Positions 18,434-26,379 of a DNA stretch of 36,612 bases are shown one piece after another. The notes below the pieces were generated by a model. It had not been told where the DNA came from, made no database searches, and saw nothing but the letters and a program-made list of their open reading frames with translations. The position numbers and the translations under genes are program-made. The DNA lies in the NCBI GenBank assembly GCA_041746255.1, contig JBGTHM010000127.1, positions 1 to 36,612 on the forward strand, read 5' to 3'. Numbering within the stretch: position 1 is the first letter of the stretch; each line of letters begins with the position of its first letter. Origin of the DNA: Fibrobacteria bacterium. GTDB lineage: Bacteria; Fibrobacterota; Fibrobacteria; UBA11236.

Positions 18434-19372
18434 CTAGAGGTTATCGTATCCGATCGAAGCTTCGACCACGCCCATCAAGACATTGTGATAAAGATAAAAT
18501 TTGCGCCATTGATGGCGGTCAAGGGTTTTTAGCCGGGCGAAGCGATCGGAACGGACTTTTCCCTCCTTGTCCACGAAATGTTTCTTTTCGCTTTCGATCA
18601 TCATGGAAAGCACTTTTTCCACATCGTCCGCTTCGACGGCATCGAAAAATACCTGCGACCGCTGCCACAAGTCGGAGAGAGGCGGTTCCAGCAACACAAC
18701 GATTCCGATAAGGTGATCATCTTGAAGGTTGAGCGCGTCCAAGTCGCATTCCTCGATGGTGCGAAAGCGGTTTTTGTCCAGCTCGGTCAATCCCTTCTTG
18801 TCCATGGGAAGGAAAACCTCCCTCTCTTTGGGGTGAATGGCTGAGGTAACCTCCTGCCATTTCTCGTTCTGAATGTTTTTGAAAAAAGCGGCCGCCATCG
18901 CCTTACGCCGCTTTTCGTCGGGGTCTTGAAGGTCCGGCTTTTCCTCCGGGACCGTCTCTTCCACGATTATGGGCTCTCCCTGGTCCAGGCAAGGCAGGCA
19001 ATTGAATACGCCGGTCAATTTCCCTTTTACCATATCGATTTGAGGATTGTTCGCCAAGCCTTGAAAGTTGAGCGCATCCAGTTGCCTTTTCGTCATATCG
19101 GAAATGGTGCCGTCGGCTGCAATCATCTTGGCCTGGTCTTCCTTGTCTAAAAGAGAAAGGGCCTTATAGTAATTGCGGGCCCCGACATGAGTCGAGAATT
19201 CGGTAAGCACCTCGACCAAGGCATCCGGATCCTTGCAGGCCCGACCCGGAATATCCTTGACTCCCGAAACGGGTGGGTTGCTATGGGAGCAGGCAATCAG
19301 GAATGCCGAAAGCAAAAGGCCGACTCCGTAAAGAGGCAATCTTAGGGGTAATTTAACGCGGAAATATTTCAT
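18434..19372 (-). CDS. Hypothetical lipoprotein with three internal repeats
   Basis: Lipobox LIAC after a basic/hydrophobic signal; AAAGGA RBS; three similar helical units. Confidence 0.8.
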   Translation of the reverse strand: MKYFRVKLPLRLPLYGVGLLLSAFLIACSHSNPPVSGVKDIPGRACKDPDALVEVLTEFSTHVGARNYYKALSLLDKEDQAKMIAADGTISDMTKRQLDALNFQGLANNPQIDMVKGKLTGVFNCLPCLDQGEPIIVEETVPEEKPDLQDPDEKRRKAMAAAFFKNIQNEKWQEVTSAIHPKEREVFLPMDKKGLTELDKNRFRTIEECDLDALNLQDDHLIGIVVLLEPPLSDLWQRSQVFFDAVEADDVEKVLSMMIESEKKHFVDKEGKVRSDRFARLKTLDRHQWRKFYLYHNVLMGVVEASIGYDNL

Positions 19373-19579
19373 ATCATTCCTTTAGTGAAGTTCCATTGGA
19401 TACGTAAGCGAATTCCGAGCCGGTTTTATTCTATGATTGTGGGATAAAATGCGAGGTTTACCTGGAAACGAAAGCCGAGCCTTGTCAAAATGACAGGCTC
19501 GCTGAAATAATGGCAGGTCACATGTACATTATACCCATGCCTTTTTCCATCAATCCGACCCGGGCGGCATAACTCTTCG

Positions 19580-20905
19580 ATGAACATTCCATTGGCGATT
19601 GCCTTCGTAGGCGTACTGGTGTTCATGGCGCACCTCTTCACCGGTGTCTTTAGCCGTACGCGCATTCCGGACATCCTCTTATTGGTTTTCATCGGTGTAC
19701 TGCTGGGCCCCGTACTGGAGGTCGTCAAGCCGGATCACCTGGGAAGCGTCGGACCTGTTTTCGCCCAAATCGCCCTGGCTCTCATTCTTTTCGAGGGCGG
19801 CCAGGATTCCCGTCTCAATATCATCAAACAAAATTGGAGCCGTTCCTTGGCGCTGATTGTTGTCGCCTTCTTCTTGACCATGTTCGTTACCGGATATCTG
19901 GTGAATTCCTTCACGGATCTGGGTTGGAATCGTTCCCTGATGTTGGGGGCCATCTTGGGCAATACCTCGTCGGCCATCGTGATCCCGTTGGTGCGTCAAT
20001 TGCGAATGGAAAGCGGACCAGGGTTCATCCTGATGCTGGAGTCGGCTTTAACCGACGTACTTTGCATCATCTGCTTCCTGGGTTTATTGGAAGCGCACAA
20101 GCTGGGAATAGTCGAGGTCGGGCCCATGGTGAGTACCATGTTCCTCACCTTCGGCGCCGCCGCCCTGCTGGGCGTTTTCGCGGGTATCATGTGGTCCATG
20201 TTCCTGCAGCGATTGCGCTCGTTGCAAAACAATATTTTCATGACGCTTGCCCTGGTGTTCATCCTTTACGGCTTGACCGAGGCGGTGGGAATTCCCGGGG
20301 CGGTGGTGGTGCTCTTTTTCGGCATGGGTATGGCGAACGTCGGAGAACTGCCCATTCCCTTGATTCCCCGCGGCATTTTCGGAGCCCCGGTGGCTTTTAC
20401 GGGCAGGGAGATGGCTTTTTTTTCCGAGGTCATTTTTCTTATCAAAACCTTCTTCTTTGTCTACATGGGGCTTTCACTGCAATTCGGCGACTTCTGGATT
20501 ATGGCTTGCGCCATCGCTTTGGTGGTTCTCACCCTGGTATTACGCATTCCCACGGTGTGGCTGACCATGCCGCGCAGTTTCAACAAGAGGGACGCATCTC
20601 TCATGTCCATAATGGCCCCGAAGGGTCTTGCGGCGGCCGTACTGGCCTCCATTCCTTTTCAGATAGGCATCGAAGGGGGCGAGTTGATTCGGGACCTGGT
20701 TTTTTCCGCCATTTTATTCAGTATCATTTTGAATTCGCTCTTCATCTTTCTTCTGGATAAAACTCCCTTCGGAAGAAGCTTTGCATCACTGTTCATGGGG
20801 TTCATGCCTTGGCCGCTAAAAGGCGCTTTTGAAAACCTGGGGGAAATTCCGGTACAGGCACTTACCATTCCCAGAAACCTGGATGAAGTTTCCAAGCTGG
20901 ATTGA
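19580..20905 (+). CDS. Cation:proton antiporter (CPA1, NhaP-like)
   Basis: Many TM helices; ILFEGG, LESALTD, PKGLAAAVLA. Confidence 0.92.
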   Translation: MNIPLAIAFVGVLVFMAHLFTGVFSRTRIPDILLLVFIGVLLGPVLEVVKPDHLGSVGPVFAQIALALILFEGGQDSRLNIIKQNWSRSLALIVVAFFLTMFVTGYLVNSFTDLGWNRSLMLGAILGNTSSAIVIPLVRQLRMESGPGFILMLESALTDVLCIICFLGLLEAHKLGIVEVGPMVSTMFLTFGAAALLGVFAGIMWSMFLQRLRSLQNNIFMTLALVFILYGLTEAVGIPGAVVVLFFGMGMANVGELPIPLIPRGIFGAPVAFTGREMAFFSEVIFLIKTFFFVYMGLSLQFGDFWIMACAIALVVLTLVLRIPTVWLTMPRSFNKRDASLMSIMAPKGLAAAVLASIPFQIGIEGGELIRDLVFSAILFSIILNSLFIFLLDKTPFGRSFASLFMGFMPWPLKGAFENLGEIPVQALTIPRNLDEVSKLD

Positions 20906-20920
20906 CTTGCGTATCTGTAC

Positions 20921-23383
20921 CTAACCAGCGTCAAGTACGGATCGTATCTTTCCGGTCAGGCCCTTGAGGTTGAAGGGCTTTTCCAGAAAAGCCGTACCTT
21001 CGTCCAGCACCCCGTGGTGAACGATGGTATTGTCGGTGTAACCCGAGGTATACAGTACTTTGATATCCGGCCTGGCGACGGAGAGTTCTTGCGCCAATTG
21101 TTTGCCGCTCATGCCCGGCATGACCACGTCGGTTATCAGTAGGTGAATAGCACCCTCATGGCTTTGGGCCGCGCGCAAGGCCTCGGCCCCATTCTTCGCC
21201 GGTATGACCAGGTAACCGGAAATCTTCAACATCTCGCAGATTATTTCCCGGTTGGCTTCTTCGTCTTCCGCCACCAGAATAGTTTCCCCACCCCCGCGTA
21301 GAAGCGCCGTTGTTTTGGTGGCCGGGTTTTCCAAGGGTTTTTCGTCAACGCGGGGCAGGTAAATTTTGAAAGTACTCCCTTTTCCAAGCTCGCTATACAT
21401 CCAGATGGAACCTCCGCTTTGCTTTACGATTCCATAAACGGTGGCCAATCCTAAACCGGTACCCATACCTTCTTTTTTGGTGGTGAAAAAAGGTTCGAAA
21501 ATCCGGGAGCGGGTGGCCTCATCCATGCCCTCTCCGGTGTCGGTGACCGCCAGCATCACATAAGGTCCGGGAAGCGTTCCGACATGCCTTTCGGCATAAG
21601 ACTCATCCAGGAAAACTTCGGCGGTTTCCAGGGTCAGCCGCCCACCCTTGGGCATGGCGTCGCGGGAATTCAGGACGAGATTGACGATGATTTGCTCCAC
21701 TTGCCCGGGGTCCGCCTTGATGGATCCCAAATCGGAAGCGGGGTGAAGCTGCAGTTCGATATGCTCACCGATGAGGCGGTTCAGCATCGATTCCACCTCG
21801 CGCATAACTGTGTTCAGGTTGAGTACCTGCGGCTCCAGAATCTGCTTGCGGCTGAAGGCCAGTAGTTGCCGGGTCAGCGCCGCGGCTCTATCGCTACACT
21901 TGAGGATTTGTTCGACGCTCTTATACAGCGGGTCGTCGTGTTTCAAATGCATTTTCATGATATCGCCATAACCCATGATGGCGCTGAGGAGATTGTTGAA
22001 ATCGTGGGCCACGCCTCCGGCCAGTTGCCCTACGGCTTCCAATTTTTGCGATTGGTAAAGTTGTTTTTGCAATATCCGCCGCTGCGTGACGTCCGTAAAA
22101 AAACCGACGTTGCAAGCGCGCCCTTGAATCATTACGGGGGAGGTGCTGATATCCGCGTAAAACGTCGCCCCGCCTTGGGTCAGGCAGGGTTGCGCTTCGG
22201 CTTGCGTCTTGGCTCCGGTCAAGACGGCTTCGAATTGTGTCCCAACCTCCAGCAAATGTTCGGGGGGGTGAATGTCGGTTACCTTGAGGGTTTTAAACTC
22301 CTGTTCCGTATAACCGAACATGCGGCAAGCGGCTGGGTTGGCGTAACTGAAGCACCAGGTTTCCATATCGGCCACCAGTATGCCCTCGCTGCTGCTCTGG
22401 AATAAAACCCGGTATTTCTCCTCGCTCTCCAGCAATTCCGCTTCCGCACGTTTGCGCTGGGCTTCGCTTTCGGCGATTTCCATGGCCAGCCCAAGGTCAA
22501 GAGCGATCTCTTTAAGCAAGTCCAATTCCTCTGCGTCGAAAACATTTTCCTGAGTGGAGAAAACCCCCATGATACCACGAGGGCCTTTCAGAGGGCCGAT
22601 GGGCAAGAAGGCCGCGGACCGGCACCCCAATGCGTGAGCGCTATTTCCCAGCAATCCCGAGCGGTCGTGAATGGGAAGTACGGCGCAGACACTATGTCTA
22701 CCTTCCCGGAAAAGGTTTTCGACGGGTCCAATGGAGGAAAGATCTCCCGCCAGCGAAATATCGAGCTGGTCTAAATAGGCATCCGTTCCGTCCACCCCGG
22801 CATACGCGATGGGATGCAATTTAGTATGGGACGCATCCGGCACGCCAATCCAGGCCAGGGAGAAGCCACCTTCCTTTACGGCTACCCGGCAGGCCGCCGC
22901 AAGCACGGTGGTGATGTCACGCTCGCGAACGATGGTTTGATTGATATTGCTGAGAACCCGGTATAGGCGGTTGAGCTTGGCGACACGGTCTTCATTTTCT
23001 TCCTGGGCGGTGATGTCGGTAGAAAGAATCAATACCCCTTCGGAGACAGGTTCCATGGACAGGATGAACCGGCCCATCGAGCCGTCCAAATGCGCAAAGT
23101 CGTTCAGCATGCTGATGTGAATGCGTTGGTCCATACATTTTTGCAATTTGGCGAACATGGGTGATTGTTCCAGACCGGGAAAAACTTCTCCCATCCGTTT
23201 ACCCAGCAAGGCTTCCTTGGGCCGACGGGCTTGTTGGCAAACCACCTTGTTGACGTAGAGGTATTTCCAGTCCGGACTGATTACTTGGCAGCCTTCCAGG
23301 AGATTTTCAAACAGGGTTTCATAAAAGCCGGATTTTTTCTCGAGGTTCATGGCCACAACTTCCTTTTCCAAGGCATAAGCCAT
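20921..23383 (-). CDS. Hybrid sensor histidine kinase (PAS-GAF-PAS-HisKA-HATPase-REC)
   Basis: GGVAHDFNN, NSRDAMP, DTGEGM, FEPFFTTK, GTGLGL, receiver LLITDVVMP; start 23383 or 23350. Confidence 0.95.
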   Translation of the reverse strand: MAYALEKEVVAMNLEKKSGFYETLFENLLEGCQVISPDWKYLYVNKVVCQQARRPKEALLGKRMGEVFPGLEQSPMFAKLQKCMDQRIHISMLNDFAHLDGSMGRFILSMEPVSEGVLILSTDITAQEENEDRVAKLNRLYRVLSNINQTIVRERDITTVLAAACRVAVKEGGFSLAWIGVPDASHTKLHPIAYAGVDGTDAYLDQLDISLAGDLSSIGPVENLFREGRHSVCAVLPIHDRSGLLGNSAHALGCRSAAFLPIGPLKGPRGIMGVFSTQENVFDAEELDLLKEIALDLGLAMEIAESEAQRKRAEAELLESEEKYRVLFQSSSEGILVADMETWCFSYANPAACRMFGYTEQEFKTLKVTDIHPPEHLLEVGTQFEAVLTGAKTQAEAQPCLTQGGATFYADISTSPVMIQGRACNVGFFTDVTQRRILQKQLYQSQKLEAVGQLAGGVAHDFNNLLSAIMGYGDIMKMHLKHDDPLYKSVEQILKCSDRAAALTRQLLAFSRKQILEPQVLNLNTVMREVESMLNRLIGEHIELQLHPASDLGSIKADPGQVEQIIVNLVLNSRDAMPKGGRLTLETAEVFLDESYAERHVGTLPGPYVMLAVTDTGEGMDEATRSRIFEPFFTTKKEGMGTGLGLATVYGIVKQSGGSIWMYSELGKGSTFKIYLPRVDEKPLENPATKTTALLRGGGETILVAEDEEANREIICEMLKISGYLVIPAKNGAEALRAAQSHEGAIHLLITDVVMPGMSGKQLAQELSVARPDIKVLYTSGYTDNTIVHHGVLDEGTAFLEKPFNLKGLTGKIRSVLDAG

Positions 23384-23513
23384 CCCCTCCAACTTGGAGA
23401 GAAGAGGGAATGCATATTCGATAATATTCTATTAGACTGTTATTTTGCCAGAATGGCAACCAAGCGTTGTAATAAAGTCTAGATCTTGGGAGAAAATCCC
23501 GTTTTCGGTTTTT

Positions 23514-24437
23514 TTATCGTTTTTGTAGTTGGAAGAGTTCGAACCCGAAGGCCCATTGCCGGCGCTTTTCTCGGCTATCCGCGAATCCATAGGGGTTTCC
23601 CAACAACCATTTACCATAAAGGGAGGCTGAACGCCTAGCCGGAATCCAGTCATAAACCAAACCCGTTTTCACGACTAATGTATGGGAAGCGTTCATCACC
23701 GAATATTCGACACTGGATTTGGTCATTTCGGCCCCATTCCCTCGGTAAACAAAATTTGCGTCGCTTACCCCGCTACGCAAAATGATGCGGTCGTGCAGGG
23801 AAATAAACCCGCTTATTCCATCCCGAAAAGTTTTTTCGAATTCGGTTCCCAGCGTAAAGCCATTGCCTGTTACCAGGGTAGCGCCTTCCAATTCCGGCGT
23901 ATTTTTGGAAAGGAAGAAAAGGTGATAAGCGAATTCTCCCGAGACGATCATACCGGCGATTCGGGATTGGGTGTGCGCTTTAGCATTGAAAGAGTTCAAT
24001 ATCATGCGTCTATAGGTGTCGTCAAACACCATTTCATGCGCATTTTCCGAGTGTTCGCGAATCCCCATGGTCGGGTGTGCGCTTTCATGCTTCATTCCCC
24101 CATGCAGCGAAATGGCATAGAACGGTACAGATATCGCAAAAAGCCTCCAGTCCAACAGGGCGATTCCTCTCCAATGGTGATTGGGGAAAAATCCCTGATT
24201 GTAGCGGGCTTCATTGGCTGCTTCCAATAGACCGCCTAAGGATAGCCGTTCCCAAGTAATCACATCGCCGACACGGGCGGTAGGAGCGCCTTCTGAGGTC
24301 CAGGAAAACCCGGTGGAGATGAAGTCCGGGTTGGCCACGATATCCGGTGGGCGTCCGCATAAATTCGGGGCCCAAACCATGGCGCAGACTGCCCAGAAAT
24401 AGAGATACGAATAGTTTCGTTGGGGTGCCATACTCAA
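23514..24437 (-). CDS. Hypothetical exported protein, possible beta-barrel
   Basis: 307-aa ORF, signal-like N-terminus, aromatic-rich alternating strands (QWAFGFELF); start uncertain. Confidence 0.65.
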   Translation of the reverse strand: MSMAPQRNYSYLYFWAVCAMVWAPNLCGRPPDIVANPDFISTGFSWTSEGAPTARVGDVITWERLSLGGLLEAANEARYNQGFFPNHHWRGIALLDWRLFAISVPFYAISLHGGMKHESAHPTMGIREHSENAHEMVFDDTYRRMILNSFNAKAHTQSRIAGMIVSGEFAYHLFFLSKNTPELEGATLVTGNGFTLGTEFEKTFRDGISGFISLHDRIILRSGVSDANFVYRGNGAEMTKSSVEYSVMNASHTLVVKTGLVYDWIPARRSASLYGKWLLGNPYGFADSREKRRQWAFGFELFQLQKR

Positions 24438-24610
24438 TAGTCCGCTAAAATTCGATAGTGTCTGGATTGCTTCTGGATTCCCTCATTATAGTGAGAAAAG
24501 TACGAAGCGGGACCGATTTTGGCGCTTTCTTGGCTCCCTGACCCTGCTCCACGAATCCGGCAAAAATTCAGCTTGAAGAAAAAGCGGAGAGTATTTATCA
24601 TATATCCATC

Positions 24611-24664
24611 ATGGCAACCATGTACCAAAACGTTATCGCACTACTTCTAGGAGATATCCCCTAG
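24611..24664 (+). CDS. Leucine attenuator leader peptide (MATMYQNVIALLLGDIP)
   Basis: Short ORF upstream of leuA with CTA-CTT-CTA Leu run; alternative start 24620. Confidence 0.8.
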   Translation: MATMYQNVIALLLGDIP

Positions 24665-24689
24665 GGAGTGCGCGCGATTTGGATCAAAC

Positions 24690-24723
24690 AAAAAGCCCAC
24701 TCCTCCGAGTGGGTTTTTTGTTT
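24690..24723 (+). terminator. Attenuator terminator upstream of leuA
   Basis: AAAAAGCCCACTC-CTCC-GAGTGGGTTTTTTGTTT. Confidence 0.9.
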
Positions 24724-24782
24724 GGGGGGGTCCCGGATAAAGCCTTGCGCGGAGCGGTGCGGCAAAAAAGGAGAAACAGGCG

Positions 24783-26360
24783 ATGGATAAGCCGGTCAGT
24801 AATCAACAGAAACAGCCCTTTTTCTATGACGTCACTTTGCGCGACGGCAATCAGGCCTTGCGCCATCCCTGGAACCTGCATGAGAAGGAGAAGGTCTTCA
24901 ACCAACTCGTCCGGTTGGGGGTGCAGGGCATCGAAGTCGGCTATTCCGGCGCCAGCGACATGGACTTCGCGGCCTGCGAGCATTTGGCGAAGTTGGCGCC
25001 TGACAACGTGGTCATCTCCGGATTGGCCCGCGCGGTCGAGCGGGATATCGTCAAGGTATGGGAAGCCGTAAAGCATGCCAAGCAGCCGCGCATCCACACC
25101 TTCATCGCCACCAGCCCTTTCAATATGGAGCATGTCTTGCGCATGCCTCCCGAAACGGTCAAACAAAAAGCCGTCGAGGCCGTGGCCTTGTGCCGTAAAG
25201 TGATGGGAGGCAAGGGAACGGTGCAATTTTCCGCCGAACATTTCGGCGATTGCATGGATAATCTGGATTTCGTCATCGACGTGTTCAAAGAAGTGGTCGA
25301 AGCCGGAGCCACGGTCATCAATCTGCCCAATACGGTGGAGCGCTACCGTCCCCGCGTCTTCGTGGACATGGTGGAAAAAGTGGTGAACGCCTTGCCCGCG
25401 CATGTGACGGTAGCGGTGCATACGCATAACGATTTGGGCATGGCCACCGCCACCACGGTGGAAAGTTATTTCGTGGGAGCCGTGCAATTGGAAACCGCCT
25501 TGAACGGTTTGGGCGAGCGCGCCGGCAATACCAATATGTACGAGGTCGCCTGCGCCCTTTATAATTGTGGCATCGACGTGCCCATCAACATGGGGGAGAT
25601 TTACGAAACGGCTTTGCAAATGGCGGAGTGGTCGAAGGTGCCCATATACGAGAAGGCGCCGCTGGTCGGCGCGGACGTGGTGGCGCATCGCAGCGGCATC
25701 CACCAGGACGGGGCTTTCAAAACCAAGGGTATGAAGAAAGGCGCCTATCGCGCCATCGACGCCGAATTGATAGGGCGCAGCGAAGGCGATCGTCTGGGCT
25801 TTACCAGTCAATCGGGGAAAACCGCGGTTTTTGAATTGATCAAGAATGCGGGATTACCTATTTCCCTGGAAGAGGCGGCCTTTATCCAGCCCATTTTGAA
25901 AACCATTTCGGAACAAGCCGGCAAAGGCGAATTATCCATCGAAGACCTAATCGCCGTATATGACAGGGAAATCCTCAACGTTTCCGGAGCGTTGGAGTTC
26001 CACGGAGTCCAATCCACTCCGGGAGGAGATGGCCGGCAGGAGTTTATTTTCGACGTGAGCCATGACGGCAAGCGCCACAAGCTCACCGGTAAGGGCACGG
26101 GCCCCATCGACGCCTGTGTGCATGCGGTCGAAACCATCGGGCTGTATTTTCATTTGGTGGACTACAGTCAGGGCGCGTTGGATACCGAGCATCTGGATTT
26201 CGCGGCCTATGCCATTTCGGAGATTAAATTGCAGCGCAAGGCTTCGGCGAAGGCGCAGCCCGAAGCCAAGGCCGCCATTGGCCGCGCGAAAGATCTCGAT
26301 ACCGTGGCGGCCAATATGAAGGCTCTGTTCAACGGCATGAATATTTTGTTGCGCGCATGA
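24783..26360 (+). CDS. leuA: 2-isopropylmalate synthase
   Basis: DVTLRDGNQ, HTHNDLG, NGLGERAGN, HRSGIHQDG, C-terminal regulatory domain G.GPIDA; upstream Leu-rich leader supports the assignment. Confidence 0.92.
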   Translation: MDKPVSNQQKQPFFYDVTLRDGNQALRHPWNLHEKEKVFNQLVRLGVQGIEVGYSGASDMDFAACEHLAKLAPDNVVISGLARAVERDIVKVWEAVKHAKQPRIHTFIATSPFNMEHVLRMPPETVKQKAVEAVALCRKVMGGKGTVQFSAEHFGDCMDNLDFVIDVFKEVVEAGATVINLPNTVERYRPRVFVDMVEKVVNALPAHVTVAVHTHNDLGMATATTVESYFVGAVQLETALNGLGERAGNTNMYEVACALYNCGIDVPINMGEIYETALQMAEWSKVPIYEKAPLVGADVVAHRSGIHQDGAFKTKGMKKGAYRAIDAELIGRSEGDRLGFTSQSGKTAVFELIKNAGLPISLEEAAFIQPILKTISEQAGKGELSIEDLIAVYDREILNVSGALEFHGVQSTPGGDGRQEFIFDVSHDGKRHKLTGKGTGPIDACVHAVETIGLYFHLVDYSQGALDTEHLDFAAYAISEIKLQRKASAKAQPEAKAAIGRAKDLDTVAANMKALFNGMNILLRA

Positions 26361-26379
26361 GCGCCGAAGGGATGCGTTA

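Noticed and set aside
24684..25811. 375-aa antisense ORF over leuA, and similar long shadow ORFs over rapA, the antiporter and 12713..13597
   Set aside because: These are expected antisense or alternate-frame shadows of GC-rich coding sequence with no independent motifs.
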